Assembly: GCF_001570565.1 (NCBI RefSeq)
Contig: NZ_BBXE01000013.1
Coordinates: forward strand, 264,984-328,983
DNA from: Herbidospora yilanensis
Lineage (GTDB): Bacteria; Actinomycetota; Actinomycetes; Streptosporangiales; Streptosporangiaceae
Direction: 5' to 3'
Length of the DNA stretch: 64,000 nt
Both the position numbers and the translations under genes were made by a program. Below the pieces are notes generated by a model. The model had not been told where the DNA came from. It saw only the letters and a list, made by a program, of their open reading frames with translations, and did not search any database. The first letter of the stretch is position 1, and each line of letters begins with the position of its first letter. This document shows positions 18,020-29,200 of this stretch, in pieces.

Positions 18020-19548
18020 TCGGCCTTGCCGTTGGCGTGCCGTCTCACCTGGGCGGCTCTGATGAACTCCTTCGGCACCTTGAACCCGGCGAGCCGGGCG
18101 GCGCACGCGTTCTTGAGCGCGGCGTCGTCCGGTTCCCCGGGTTCCCGCGTCTGTACGACGGCCACGACCTCCTGCCCCCACCTCTCGCTGGGCCGCCCGA
18201 CCACCAGGGCGTCGACCACGCCCTCGACCTCGCGCAGGACGCCCTCCACCTCCTCCGCGAAGACCTTCTCCCCCGCCGTGTTGATGACGGTGGCCTCCCG
18301 GCCGCGCAGGTCGACGGTGCCGTCCGCCCGCCAGACCGCCCGGTCGCCGGGGATGGCGTATCTGACCCCGTCCACCGTGCGGAAGGTGCGGGCGGTCTTC
18401 TCGGGGTCGCCCAGGTAGCCGAGCGGGATCGGGCCCGAGCGGGCCAGCCAGCCCTCCTCCGGGTCGCCGGGGGACAGGACGCGGGTCTGGTCGGCGCTCA
18501 GCACGACCGTCCACGGGCCGGCCTCGAAGCTGCCGCCGTCCATGCGCACGGCCGAGTTGCCGGTCTCGGAGGAGCCGAGGGTGTCGACGGTCCGCACGCC
18601 CGGGATCAGCTCGGCCAGGCGGGCGCGCAGGGCCTCTCCCAGGAAGGCCCCGCTCGTGCCGATCATGCCGAGCCTCAGGTCGTACACCCGGCTCTGGAGC
18701 TCTTCCACCAGGGGTCGGGCGAAGGCGTCGCCGACGATGACCGTGCCGGTGACGCGCTCGCGTTCGAGGGTGGCCAGCAGGCTCGGGCCGTCGAAGCGGT
18801 CGACGCGGTCGGCGATGACGACGGTCGAGCCCAGGCACCAGCCGTTGAGGGTGAACCAGACGCCGGTGCCGTGCATGAGGGGCGCGGCGGGGAGGATGCG
18901 GCGGCGGCTGGCGGCGGCGTGCTCGACCAGGGCGGCCAGCGACGGGAACGGCGAGCCGTCTCTGCGGCGCACGCCCACCGGGCCGTCGAGCAGGTCGCCG
19001 ATCCGCCAGACGACGCCTTTGGGCATGCCGGTCGTGCCGCCGGTGTAGATGACGTGGTGGTCGTCGGGCGACGGGGTCGCCGGCACCGGTTCGGGCGACG
19101 CGGCGGCCAGCGCCTCCTCGTAGGGGAGGGCTCCGGGCGCCAGGGGGTGGCCCGAGTCGTCCGCGACCTGGAGCAGGAGGGCCGACGGCGGCGCCACCTT
19201 CGCGACGAGCGGCGCGAAGGCGGCGTGGAAGACGACGACGGCCGGTCCGGCGTCGGCGAACAGGTAGGCCAGTTCGTCGGCCGTGTAGCGGTAGTTGACG
19301 TTGAACGGGGTCACCCGGGCCTTGTGGGCGCCGAGCAGGGCCTCCAGGTATTCGGGGCCGTTGTGCAGGTAGACGGCCATCCGCGCGCCGGGGCCGAGCC
19401 CTCGCGCGTGCAGCAGGTTGCCGAGCCGCCGGGTGCGCTCGGTCGTCTCCCGCCACGAACAGCGCCGGTCGCGCCACACCAGGCACTCCCGGTCGGGAAC
19501 CGCCGCCGCGATCGCCTCATGCAGCGTGGCCAGGTCGAACTGGGTCAC
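17992..19548 (-). CDS. AMP-dependent acyl-CoA synthetase/ligase
   Basis: YTGGTTGMPKGV AMP-binding motif and overall FadD-like architecture. Confidence 0.85.
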   Translation of the reverse strand: MTQFDLATLHEAIAAAVPDRECLVWRDRRCSWRETTERTRRLGNLLHARGLGPGARMAVYLHNGPEYLEALLGAHKARVTPFNVNYRYTADELAYLFADAGPAVVVFHAAFAPLVAKVAPPSALLLQVADDSGHPLAPGALPYEEALAAASPEPVPATPSPDDHHVIYTGGTTGMPKGVVWRIGDLLDGPVGVRRRDGSPFPSLAALVEHAAASRRRILPAAPLMHGTGVWFTLNGWCLGSTVVIADRVDRFDGPSLLATLERERVTGTVIVGDAFARPLVEELQSRVYDLRLGMIGTSGAFLGEALRARLAELIPGVRTVDTLGSSETGNSAVRMDGGSFEAGPWTVVLSADQTRVLSPGDPEEGWLARSGPIPLGYLGDPEKTARTFRTVDGVRYAIPGDRAVWRADGTVDLRGREATVINTAGEKVFAEEVEGVLREVEGVVDALVVGRPSERWGQEVVAVVQTREPGEPDDAALKNACAARLAGFKVPKEFIRAAQVRRHANGKADYAWARSTV

Positions 19549-19692
19549 CGGACGCCCTCCAGAACAATAGTCCAGAACAATCGTCGGCGACCATTCTCAC
19601 ACAAACCGCATGTGTGATTACTTTCGCCCATATGGGTATGAATGTCACCGATGACACACATAGCGTCATCAGAGCCACTTTCGGGGGAAAAT

Positions 19693-19929
19693 ATGGCTGA
19701 AATGCCTCAGAAGCGCCAGCCCAAGGTCTCGGGCAAGGCCAAGCGCGCCACCATCAAGGACCAGCGTGCGGCCAAGCAGGAGAAGCGTGAGGGCGGCGAC
19801 GGCCGTCCCGAGCGTGAGGGCATGGGGGGCGGTTCGATGGGCAACCGCATGGGCAGCGGGGAGCGCCAGCAGCCGGGGCACTCCACGCAGCAGCAGCATC
19901 AGCAGCGCCAGGGTGGTCAGCACCACTGA
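19693..19929 (+). CDS. small hydrophilic Lys/Gln-rich protein, hypothetical
   Basis: MAEMPQKRQPKVSGKAKRATIKDQRAAKQEKREGG...QQQHQQRQGGQHH; RBS GGGGGAAAAT; GC3-rich; followed by a hairpin. Confidence 0.5.
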   Translation: MAEMPQKRQPKVSGKAKRATIKDQRAAKQEKREGGDGRPEREGMGGGSMGNRMGSGERQQPGHSTQQQHQQRQGGQHH

Positions 19930-19956
19930 CCCGCATAGTGGGGGTCTGAGGTGAAG

Positions 19957-20003
19957 GCTCGGGGAAGGGGGCGACCCGTTCCCCGAGCCTGTTCTGCTTT
20001 CTC
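19957..20003 (+). terminator. hairpin terminator
   Basis: GCTCGGGGAA-12 nt-TTCCCCGAGC followed by a T-rich CTGTTCTGCTTTCTC. Confidence 0.5.
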
Positions 20004-20015
20004 AGGGAGGGACGG

Positions 20016-23000
20016 ATGGCCGGCTATCTGCGCTTTCCCACCATCTTCCGCGACGTGGTGGTGTTCGCCGCCGAAGACGACCTCTGGATGGTCCACGCCG
20101 ACGGCGGCCGGGCCTTCCGGCTGACCGCCGGGGTCGCCGAGGCCGCCTACCCGCGCCTGTCCCCCGACGGCACCCAGATCGCCTTCGTCGGCCGCGAGGA
20201 GGGGCCCGAGGAGGTGTACGTCATGCCCGCCGACGGCGGCGCCGCCGAACGCCTCACCTTTCACGGCGCCGACTGCCAGGTCACCGGCTGGGATCCGCAC
20301 GGCGCGATCGTCTACACCAGCGACGAGGGCCAGCCCTTCCACGGCTACCGCTGGCTGCACCGGGTCGTCCCGGGAGGCGTGCCGGAGCCGCTGCCGTACG
20401 GCCCCGCCTCCGCCATCACCTACGGCCCCGGCGGCATCGTGCTCGGCCGCAACACCTCCGACCCGGCCCGCTGGAAGCGCTACCGGGGCGGCACGGTCGG
20501 CGACCTGTGGATCGGCGCGCGGCGGTTCCGCCGCCTGATCGCCCTGCCGGGCAACCTCGCCTCGCCCTGCTGGGTCGGCGACCGCGTCTTCTTCCTGTCC
20601 GACCACGAGGGCGTCGGCAACGTCTACTCGTGCTCCCCCGACGGCGGCGACCTGCGCCGGCACACCGACCACAACGACTACTACGCCCGCAACCTGTCCT
20701 CCGACGGGCGGCGGCTGGTCTACCACTGCGGCGCCGAACTGTTCCTGCTCGACCCCGGCGCCGACGAGCCGCGCCGCGTCGACGTGCGGCTCGGCAGTTC
20801 GCTGACCCAGCGCAACCGCCGGTTCGTGCCGGCGGCGGGCTTCCTCGACAGCGCGACCCTCAGCCCCGACGGCTCCCGGCTGGCCGTCACGACCCGGGGC
20901 AAGGCCTTCTCGTTCGCCTGCTGGGAGGGGCCCGTGCTCCAGCACGGCGAGCCCGACGGCGTCCGCTACCGGTTCCTGACCTGGCTCGACGACGACGGCG
21001 AACGGCTGGTCGCGGCGGCCAGCGACGACGGCGACCGCGAGGTGCTGGTCGTGTTGTCCCACGACGGTCCGGTCCGGCTCGACGACGCCGACACCGGGCG
21101 GATCACCGAACTGGAGGTCTCCCCCGGGGGCGACCGGATCGCCGTCACCAACCACCGCAACGAGCTCCTGGTCGTCGAACTGCACGACGACGGGGCGACG
21201 GTGACCGAGGTGGAGGCCAGCCCGTTCGGCGCGATCGAGGACCCGGCGTGGTCGCCCGACGGGACCTGGCTGGCCTACGCGTGCCCGGTGGCCCGGCAGA
21301 CCACGATCATCAAGCTGTTCAACGCCGAGACCGGCGAGATCGCCCCCGCGACCGACCCCGTGCTGGTCGACCGGCGGCCCGCCTTCGACCCCGAGGGCCG
21401 CTACCTGTACTTCATCGGGCAGCGGGTGTTCAACCCGGTCTACGACGAGCTCCAGTTCGACCTGGGTTTCCCGATGGGCACCCGCCCCTACGCCGTCGCG
21501 CTGCGCGAGGGCATCGGGTCGCCCTTCGTGCCGGAGCCCCGGCCGCTCGACCACGAGGACTCCGAGGAGCCCGACTTCGAGATCCACACCGAGGGGCTGA
21601 CCCGCCGGATCGTGGCCTTCCCCGTCGACGAGAACCGCTACCAGCGGATCGCCGGGCTCAAGGGCAAGGTCATCTACACGACGACCCCGGTGGTCGGCGA
21701 CCACGGGTCCACCCTGCACTGCTACGAGTACGCCAAGCAGAAGGCCGAGGAGCTCGTCTCCGACCTGGCCGACTTCAGCCTCGGCCGCGACCACTCGACC
21801 CTGCTCTACCGGTCGGGCGACCGGCTGCGCGTCATCAAGGCCGGGGAGTCGCCGTCGGAGGACGACGAGACCGACCGCAACGACGGCTGGATCGACCTCG
21901 ACCGCGTGAAGGTGTCGGTCGCGCCCGAGGCGGAGTGGCGGCAGATGTTCCGCGAGGCGTGGCGGCTCCAGCGCGAGAACTTCTGGGACGAGGACATGGC
22001 CGGCATCGACTGGGACGGCGTCTACGCCCGCTACCTGCCGCTGGTCGACCGGGTCGGCACCCGGGGCGAGTTCTCCGACCTGCTGTGGGAGCTGCTCGGC
22101 GAACTCGGCACCTCCCACGCCTTCGAGTCAGGCGGCGAATACCGCGACCGCCCCCACTACTGGCAGGGCAAACTCGGCGTCGACTGGCTGTACGAGGACG
22201 GCCGCTACATCATCGGCCGCATCGTCACCGGCGACCCCTGGGACCCGCTCGCGACCTCGCCGCTGAACCGCCTCGGGGTCGACGTGGCCCCCGGCGACGT
22301 CGTGGCCGCCATCAACGGGATGCCCGTCGGCCCGGACGCCTCACCCGGGCGGCTGCTGGTGAACCTCGCCGACGAGGAGGTCGAGCTGACCATCGAGCGC
22401 GACGACGAATACCACCTCGTGGTCGTCCGGGCCCTGTGCGACGAGCAGCCGGCCCGCTACCGCGACTGGGTCGACGCCAACCGCCGCCTCGTCCACGAGC
22501 ACACCTCCGGCCGGGTCGGCTACGTCCACGTCCCCGACATGGGCCCGGAGGGCTTCGCCGAGTTCCACCGGGGCTTCCTGACCGAGTACGACCGCGAGGC
22601 CCTCATCGTCGACGTGCGCTTCAACGGCGGGGGGAACGTGTCGGCGCTGCTGCTGGAGAAGTTGTCGCGGCGGCGGCTCGGCTACGACTTCCCGCGCTGG
22701 GGCGTGCCGGCGCCCTACCCCGACGAGTCGCCCCGCGGCCCCATCGTGGGCCTCACGAACGAGTGGGCCGGGTCCGACGGCGACATCTTCTGCCACACCT
22801 TCAAACTGCTCGGGCTGGGCACGCTGGTCGGGCGGCGCACGTGGGGCGGGGTCGTCGGGGTCTGGCCCCGCCACCGCCTGGCCGACGGGACGCTGACCAC
22901 GCAGCCCGAGTTCTCCTTCGCCTTCGACGACGTCGGCTGGCGGGTGGAGAACTACGGCGCCGACCCCGACGTGGAGGTCGACATCACCCCGCAGGAGTAC

Positions 23001-23183
23001 GCGATGGGGGTCGACGCCCAGTTGGAGCGGGCCGTCGAGATCGCCCTCGACCACCTCGACCGGACCCCCGCCCACACCGCCAACCCGGCCGACCGCCCCC
23101 GCCGGGTGGTGCCCACACTGCCGCCCCGGGTGGCCGCCTGGCGGGAAAGCGACGATCGCCGTGGTCGGGGTCGGCTAGCGTAG
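20016..23183 (+). CDS. tricorn protease homolog (S41-family, beta-propellers + PDZ + peptidase)
   Basis: About 1055 aa with N-terminal propeller repeats, a PDZ segment ([12 protein letters not shown]), and a C-terminal S41 core ([15 protein letters not shown]...RRTWGGVVG). Confidence 0.85.
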   Translation: MAGYLRFPTIFRDVVVFAAEDDLWMVHADGGRAFRLTAGVAEAAYPRLSPDGTQIAFVGREEGPEEVYVMPADGGAAERLTFHGADCQVTGWDPHGAIVYTSDEGQPFHGYRWLHRVVPGGVPEPLPYGPASAITYGPGGIVLGRNTSDPARWKRYRGGTVGDLWIGARRFRRLIALPGNLASPCWVGDRVFFLSDHEGVGNVYSCSPDGGDLRRHTDHNDYYARNLSSDGRRLVYHCGAELFLLDPGADEPRRVDVRLGSSLTQRNRRFVPAAGFLDSATLSPDGSRLAVTTRGKAFSFACWEGPVLQHGEPDGVRYRFLTWLDDDGERLVAAASDDGDREVLVVLSHDGPVRLDDADTGRITELEVSPGGDRIAVTNHRNELLVVELHDDGATVTEVEASPFGAIEDPAWSPDGTWLAYACPVARQTTIIKLFNAETGEIAPATDPVLVDRRPAFDPEGRYLYFIGQRVFNPVYDELQFDLGFPMGTRPYAVALREGIGSPFVPEPRPLDHEDSEEPDFEIHTEGLTRRIVAFPVDENRYQRIAGLKGKVIYTTTPVVGDHGSTLHCYEYAKQKAEELVSDLADFSLGRDHSTLLYRSGDRLRVIKAGESPSEDDETDRNDGWIDLDRVKVSVAPEAEWRQMFREAWRLQRENFWDEDMAGIDWDGVYARYLPLVDRVGTRGEFSDLLWELLGELGTSHAFESGGEYRDRPHYWQGKLGVDWLYEDGRYIIGRIVTGDPWDPLATSPLNRLGVDVAPGDVVAAINGMPVGPDASPGRLLVNLADEEVELTIERDDEYHLVVVRALCDEQPARYRDWVDANRRLVHEHTSGRVGYVHVPDMGPEGFAEFHRGFLTEYDREALIVDVRFNGGGNVSALLLEKLSRRRLGYDFPRWGVPAPYPDESPRGPIVGLTNEWAGSDGDIFCHTFKLLGLGTLVGRRTWGGVVGVWPRHRLADGTLTTQPEFSFAFDDVGWRVENYGADPDVEVDITPQEYAMGVDAQLERAVEIALDHLDRTPAHTANPADRPRRVVPTLPPRVAAWRESDDRRGRGRLA

Positions 23184-23188
23184 GCCGG

Positions 23189-24073
23189 GTGCCGCGCCTG
23201 CTACTCGTATCCCTGCTCTTGGTGACCGCCTGCTCTCCCGCGCCCGGTGGCGACGCGGCCGTCGGGAAGACGACGGTCGTGAAGACGGCCGTCGAGAAGG
23301 CGGCCCCGGCGAAGACCGCGCCGAAGCCGGTCAGCGTGCCCTCCGGTGTCACGACCGGCTATGTCGTGTACGACCGCGTCCAGAAGAAGATCACGGTCAG
23401 CAGGAACCCCCACAAACGATTCCGGTCCGCCTCCGTCGTGAAGCTGATGATCGCCATCGACCACCTGGAGCGGGTGCGGAAGCCCGACCTGGCCCTGCTC
23501 AAGCCGATGCTGCGGGTCAGCGACGACAACGCGGCGACGAGGCTCTGGTCGCTCGGCGGCCAGGGGAAGATCATCCAGCGGGTCGCGAAGAAGCTGAGGC
23601 TGACCGACTCGGGGCCGCCCCCGGCCGGCAAGCCCGGCTTCTGGGGCTACACCGCGATCAGCGCGCTCGACATCGCCAAGGTCTACCGCTACATCCTCGA
23701 AGAGGCCTCGCCCGCGGTCCGGAACACGATCATGGGCCACCTGCGGCAGGCCGGGCCCTGCGGCAGCGACGGCTTCGACCAATACTTCGGCATCCCACGC
23801 GGCGTCGCCCGGCCGTGGGCGGTGAAGCAGGGCTGGTCGGGCTACGGCTCGGTCCCGCCGGTCCGCTGCACGGGCAACGGCTCGACGGCCTTCTACCAGG
23901 CGCCGGCCCCGGTCGACTTCCGCAACGCCGTGCTGCACACCACCGGCGTCGTCGGCGCGGGCGACCGCTACATCGAGGTCGTCCTGACCACCCAGACCTC
24001 CCGCTGGTCCGACTCCGTCACGAAGATCACCCGGCTGGCCCGGGACGTCCACCGGGCGGCCCTCGCCCGATGA
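23189..24073 (+). CDS. lipoprotein, class-A beta-lactamase-related serine hydrolase fold
   Basis: Lipobox LLVTACSP; KRFRSASVVKL (SxxK), SDDN (SDN-like) and KQG (KTG-like) motifs; GTG start 6 bp after the tricorn stop. Confidence 0.55.
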   Translation: MPRLLLVSLLLVTACSPAPGGDAAVGKTTVVKTAVEKAAPAKTAPKPVSVPSGVTTGYVVYDRVQKKITVSRNPHKRFRSASVVKLMIAIDHLERVRKPDLALLKPMLRVSDDNAATRLWSLGGQGKIIQRVAKKLRLTDSGPPPAGKPGFWGYTAISALDIAKVYRYILEEASPAVRNTIMGHLRQAGPCGSDGFDQYFGIPRGVARPWAVKQGWSGYGSVPPVRCTGNGSTAFYQAPAPVDFRNAVLHTTGVVGAGDRYIEVVLTTQTSRWSDSVTKITRLARDVHRAALAR

Positions 24074-25104
24074 GACTGGGACGACGGGTCGCCGAGGCGG
24101 CCGAGATCGCGCTGGCGACCCGCAAATACGTGACGGTCGTCGACGTGCTGACGGGCCTGCGCTGGGTCCACCACCGCCACGTCGAAAGCTGGCGGCAGGG
24201 CCGGGCGGGCTCCCTGGAGGAACTCGCCGCCGTCGACGCCGCCCGCATGACCGACGCGGCGGCGCTGCTGGCCGAATGGGCGGGCGACAAGGGCCTGATC
24301 GCCGGAGAGACCGCCTACGTCTCCGGCAGCCGCGACCGCTCGGCGCTGCGCTTCACCCGCGACGGCTCCGAGGAGCAGGAGCGGAACTTCCACCGGCAGT
24401 GGATCAGCCCCGCGATGTCCGAGACGCGCCGCCGCCGCCTGGCCGAGACCCAGAACCGCCCGCCCGACCTGCGGGTACTGGTCTCCCAGGAGCCGTGGCG
24501 CTGCGCCGGCTGCCGCGACACCGGCCCCTACCTCATCATGGAAGACGCCTCGCCTCACTGCCTGACCTGCGCCGACATGGACCATCTGGTGATGCTCCCG
24601 GCCGGTAACGCGGCCCTCAGCCGCCGCGCCAAGAAGGAGAGCGGCCTGTCGGCCGTCGTCGTCGAATACAACCCGCGCCGCAAACGCTTCGAACGACGCG
24701 GCGTCCTCGTCGAGGAGGCCGCGCTCGCCCGCGCCGAGGAACTCTGCCTGGAAGACGAGGAACTCCGCGCCCGCCGCCGCGACCGCGACGCCGAACGCCG
24801 CGCCTGCCAGGACGTCGAGTTCCAGGCCCGGATGGCGGCCGAGATCCGGCGCCTGTTCCCGGGCTGCCCCCGCGCCGACGAGATCGCCGCCCACGCGGCG
24901 GTGCGCGGCAGCGGCCGTGTCGGACGCACGTCGGCGGCGAAGGTCCTCGACGAGTCGGCGATCACGCTGGCCGTGGTGGCGTCGGTCCGCCACAAGGACA
25001 CGGCCTACGACGAACTGCTGATGAAGGGCGTGCCCCGGATGACGGCCCGTGCCCAGATCAGGGACCGGATCGAGGCGGTCCTGGAGTCGTGGCGGGAGGG
25101 CTGA
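24070..25104 (+). CDS. DUF2293-like hypothetical protein
   Basis: MRLGRRVAEAAEIALATRKYVTVVDVLTGLRWV...; CxxC pairs (CAGCRD, CLTCAD); the start overlaps the upstream stop (ATGA). Confidence 0.5.
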   Translation: MRLGRRVAEAAEIALATRKYVTVVDVLTGLRWVHHRHVESWRQGRAGSLEELAAVDAARMTDAAALLAEWAGDKGLIAGETAYVSGSRDRSALRFTRDGSEEQERNFHRQWISPAMSETRRRRLAETQNRPPDLRVLVSQEPWRCAGCRDTGPYLIMEDASPHCLTCADMDHLVMLPAGNAALSRRAKKESGLSAVVVEYNPRRKRFERRGVLVEEAALARAEELCLEDEELRARRRDRDAERRACQDVEFQARMAAEIRRLFPGCPRADEIAAHAAVRGSGRVGRTSAAKVLDESAITLAVVASVRHKDTAYDELLMKGVPRMTARAQIRDRIEAVLESWREG

Positions 25105-25297
25105 GCCCGGCTCGGTGAGCGTTCGGGCGCCGGGCCTCGCGGTCGGCGCTGACGGTCCGCCTGCCGGTCACGAGCCGCCTCGTCCCCTGACCGAGCCGCC
25201 AAGGCTCCCGCCGTGACCGGTCGAGCCTGGTCTGCTCCGGAGCTGACCGGTCAGACGGACCTGACCCCGTCAGACCTGGGGGGAGGGCGCTCGTGCG

Positions 25298-26257
25298 TCA
25301 GCCTGCTCCGGACCTGACCCGGTCGAGCGCCTGTTCGGCCTCGGCGGCCAGGGTGGCGACGAGGTCCTCGGCCGAGGGGAGATCGCCGATGAGGTCGACG
25401 GCCTCCCCGGCCCAGACGGCGGGCGGGACGGCGCCGCTCGCCATGTCGTCCTTGGCGACCTGCCTGGTCTCCCCCGTGAGCTCGGCCTCTCTGCCGTGCC
25501 ATCGGTCGATGTACGGGTGGGCGAGACTCCGGCCGTCGTACTTCTCCGGCCAGTCGACGCCCTTGACGATGTCGAGCACGCTGCTGCGCTCGGTCTGCCC
25601 ACCCTGACTCTCGACGATGGCCGCGGTGATCGCGGGATCGACGATCGCCTCGGCGGTGGCCTGGAAGCGGGTGCCCAGCAGGGCCCCGGCCGCCCCGAGC
25701 ACCAGCGCGGCGGCCACCCCGCGCCCGTCGGCGATCCCCCCGGCCGCCAGCACCGGCGTATCGCCCGCCAGGTCGACGACGGTGGGCACGAACGGCAACG
25801 TCGAGCGGCCCCTCCGCGCGCCGTGGCCGCCGCTCTCGGTGCCCTGGACCACGATGACGTCGGCCCCGGCGTCCAAGGCCTGCTTCGCCTCGGTCAGGTC
25901 GGTGACCTGGATCATCAGCAGTGCCCCCGCCCGCCTGATCGGCTGCAGGAACGGGGTCGGGTCGCCGAACGACAACAGCACCGCCGCCGGGCCGAACTCC
26001 AGGGCGTATTCGACCCCGGCCACGTCGGCCGCCCAGCACACGAACCCGACGCCCCACGGTTCCCGGGTGCTGTGGGCGACGATCGGCAACTCCCGTTCGA
26101 GCCAGTCGCGGACCCCGAATCCGCCGCCCACGAACCCGAACCCGCCACCGCGCGACACGGCCGCCGCCAGCTCCCCACCGGCCGAGAAGGCCATGGGCGC
26201 GGACACGATCGGCTGCCGCACCCCGACCAACCTGGTGAAACTCGTCGTCAATGCCAT
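25298..26257 (-). CDS. nitronate monooxygenase (NMO, 2-nitropropane dioxygenase family)
   Basis: MALTTSFTRLVGVRQPIVSAPMA...GGIADGRGVAAAL matches the FMN TIM-barrel NMO family. Confidence 0.8.
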   Translation of the reverse strand: MALTTSFTRLVGVRQPIVSAPMAFSAGGELAAAVSRGGGFGFVGGGFGVRDWLERELPIVAHSTREPWGVGFVCWAADVAGVEYALEFGPAAVLLSFGDPTPFLQPIRRAGALLMIQVTDLTEAKQALDAGADVIVVQGTESGGHGARRGRSTLPFVPTVVDLAGDTPVLAAGGIADGRGVAAALVLGAAGALLGTRFQATAEAIVDPAITAAIVESQGGQTERSSVLDIVKGVDWPEKYDGRSLAHPYIDRWHGREAELTGETRQVAKDDMASGAVPPAVWAGEAVDLIGDLPSAEDLVATLAAEAEQALDRVRSGAG

Positions 26258-26277
26258 GTGATCATCATGACCCGGCG

Positions 26278-29200
26278 TCATTCGGGTACCGAGTAGCGCT
26301 CCTCGATCGGTTCTCCGCCGCGCCTTCCGTCGTTGAGGGAGGTGATCGCGCCGCTGAGGCGGTCGGCCAGGTGGGTGATGGCGGAGACGGTTCGGGTCGT
26401 CGGGTCGTCGTCGTCGCCGCCCATCGCCTTCGCCCGGCGGTAGGCCGCCTTCACCTCCTCCCACCGGACCTTCTGCTCGTCCGTCAGCACCCCCCGCAGT
26501 TCCGCCAGCTTGAGCAGGTTCGCCTCCGCGCCGGAGGTGAGGGTCTGCGCCTCACCCAGGTAGTGGTCGTCGATGACGCCCTCCAGCTCGGCGTCGGTCA
26601 GCACCGGCACCACCCGCTGGGCGAGCTTGTTCATGTTCCGGTACGACCCCTGCAGCAGGAACGGCGGCTCGGTCCGGCTGGCGTCGGATTGGGCGGCCGA
26701 GGCGATGTAGGCCCGGTTGTTGGCCAGCACCACCTCCTGCAGCCGCAACATCTTCCGCAACACGCTGAGGATCTGGTCGAGTTCGACCGTGCTGTAGGGA
26801 TGCGAGAGCTGGTCGGCGCTGCCCTCGCCGCGCGCCAGCCGCACCAGCTTCTCGACCTCCCCGTGGTCGGACACCGGAGCCAGCACCGAGTTCGCCGTCA
26901 GCGCGTTCTCGATGTAACTCAACGCGAAAAGGTCGTCCTTGCCGCTCAGCACCTCGCCCAGGTTCCACACGTCGGCGCGGTTGGCCAGCATGTCGGGCAC
27001 CCGGAACACCTGGCCCGACTCGGTGTACGGGTTGCCGGCCATGCAGACCGCGAAGCGTTTGCCCCGCAGGTCATACGTCCGGGCCGTGCCGTTCCACACG
27101 CCTTCCATCCGCCGCTGCGCGTCGCACAGGGAGATGAACTTCTGCAAGAGCTCAGGGGAGGTGTGCTGGATGTCGTCCAGGTAGAGGAGCACGTTGCTGC
27201 CCATCTCCAGGGCGAAGGAGATCTTCTCCACCTCCGACCGGGAGGTCGCGTCGGGGGCGTCGGCGGGGTCGACCGAGGTCACCTCGTGCCCGAGGGCGGG
27301 ACCGTTGACCTTGACGAAGACCAGGCCCAGGCGGCTGGCGACGTACTCCATCAGGGTCGTCTTGCCGTATCCGGGCGGGGAGATCAGCAGCAGCAGGCCC
27401 ATCCCGTGGTCGAGCTGCTTGGCCAGGTTGTCGCCGATCAGCGGCAGGTACACCTGGTCGATCAGGGCGTTCCGGACGAAGGAGTCCATGACCTTGGGGC
27501 GGTATTCGTCCAGGCGCAGGCGTTTCTTCTCGGCGGCGACCAGTTCGGCGCGGCGGCGCTGGTAGTCCCGGTACGCCGGGACCCGCTCCGCCCGGAAGAT
27601 CCTGGTCCGGGCGAGGAACTCGTCGAGCCGGATCTCCATCGACCGCCCCCGGATGCGGGGGTGCGCGCCGAGCAGCCCTTCGACGACGCCGTCCAGCGTG
27701 GCGGCCGACTCGTAGCGCGGCAGGTCGCACAGCAGGAGCGAGACGACTTCCGGCGAGACCTCACCCTTGCCGAAGGCGGCCAGCCAGGCCCGCGCGAGCT
27801 GGATGCGGGCGGGCAGGTCCAGTGTCGACAGTTCGGCGGTGAACGCGGCGAAACGTTCGGGTCCGAGGGCTTCGCGGAAGGCGTCGAGGAAGGACCGGGC
27901 CGCCGTGGAGGTGACGAATCCCGCTGGCGGGGAGGCGAGTTCCTCGATCAGGTAGTCGGCGGCGAGGGAGGCGGGTCCGTCGAGACAACCATGGGCCTCG
28001 ATCGCCGAAGCGAGCTCCTCGGCCAGCGTGTTCAGCGCCTCGGTGCCACCGCCGAACAGTTCCCTGGCCCGAGTGAGGGACTGGGCCCTGATCTCCCACG
28101 TCGCCGAGGGGTTGCCGTGCGCCCAGAAGAACTGCGCCGTCGCGCGTGCCGACGGCAGGTGGCGCAGCAGGCCGGCCGAGGCGTGCAGGCGGGTCACGAC
28201 GTCGAGGATGCGCACGGTGTCGTGGTCGTGCACGCCGCGCTCGTAGCCCTCGTCGTAGCGTGACTCCGCGGCCCGTCGCACGGCCTCCGCGGGATCCCCT
28301 TCGACGGGGAACAACGACGCCGCCAGATATTCGGCCCGGTAGACCTCCGTCGTCTCCGACACGAGCAGTTGGTCCCAGAAGTGCCGGGTGTCGTCGAAGC
28401 CGGTCACGGGGGCGCGGTAGTCGGTGCCGGTGACGGCGAACGACAACGATCCCTCGTGGGGCACCAGGGTCAGGTCGAGCGGCTGGGTGTTGACGGCGAA
28501 CCGGTGGCGGCCCAGTTTGACCGTGTCGCCGTCGAACAGGTCGGTGCGGTCCTTGAGGGCGCGGCCGGCCTCCTGGCGGGCGGCGCGCACCCGGCCGTCG
28601 AGTTCGTCGGCGCGGACCGGATCGCCGAGTTCCCGCAGGTCGGCCGCCACCGCGCGGAGCTTCGCCACCATCGGGTCGGCGGCGAAGTAGGCGTTGACCT
28701 CGTCCAGCGAGGCCAGCGTCGCGGAGCGGCGGCGCACCGTGCCGAGGATGCGGTCGGCCGACTCGGCGAGGCGGTCGGCCCGCCGCGCCCGGTCGTCGAG
28801 GAGGGTCTGCTTGCGGGCCGAGAAGGCCTCGTAGACCTCTTCGCGTTTGCGTTCGAGCTGTGCGAGGAAGTCGTCGAACTCGCCGAAGCGCGACTCCAGG
28901 CCTTCGATCTGGAGCAGCAGCCGGCCGAGGCGCTCGTCGCACTTCTCGGGGGTGTCGGCGCCGGTCAGCCCGGCCGTCACGGCCTGGCCGAGGAGGCCGA
29001 ACTCGGCGGCGAACTCGGCCCGGCCCTCGGCGTCGAGCAGTTCGCGCCGCCGCGCGTCGAGGGTGGCGCGCACGCGGTTGATCTCGGCGAGGACCGCGCC
29101 GACCTTCTCCAGGATGACGGTACGGGCGGTCGCCTCGACCTCCAGCGTGCCGACCACCTCGATCAGCGCCTCCAGCCCGTCGGACTGGGCGGCCAGCCGC

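Noticed and set aside
19597-19617. Reading TCACACA-N7-TGTGTGA as a CRP/FNR site
   Set aside because: The CRP consensus is TGTGA-N6-TCACA. Here the half-sites are in everted order with a 7-nt spacer, so it is not a canonical CRP box.
20507-24073. 1188-aa + ORF spanning the tricorn protease and lipoprotein regions
   Set aside because: It is an alternative frame over the tricorn gene, fused by chance to the real lipoprotein frame. Only the 3' part from 23189 is coding, where the signal peptide and lipobox start.
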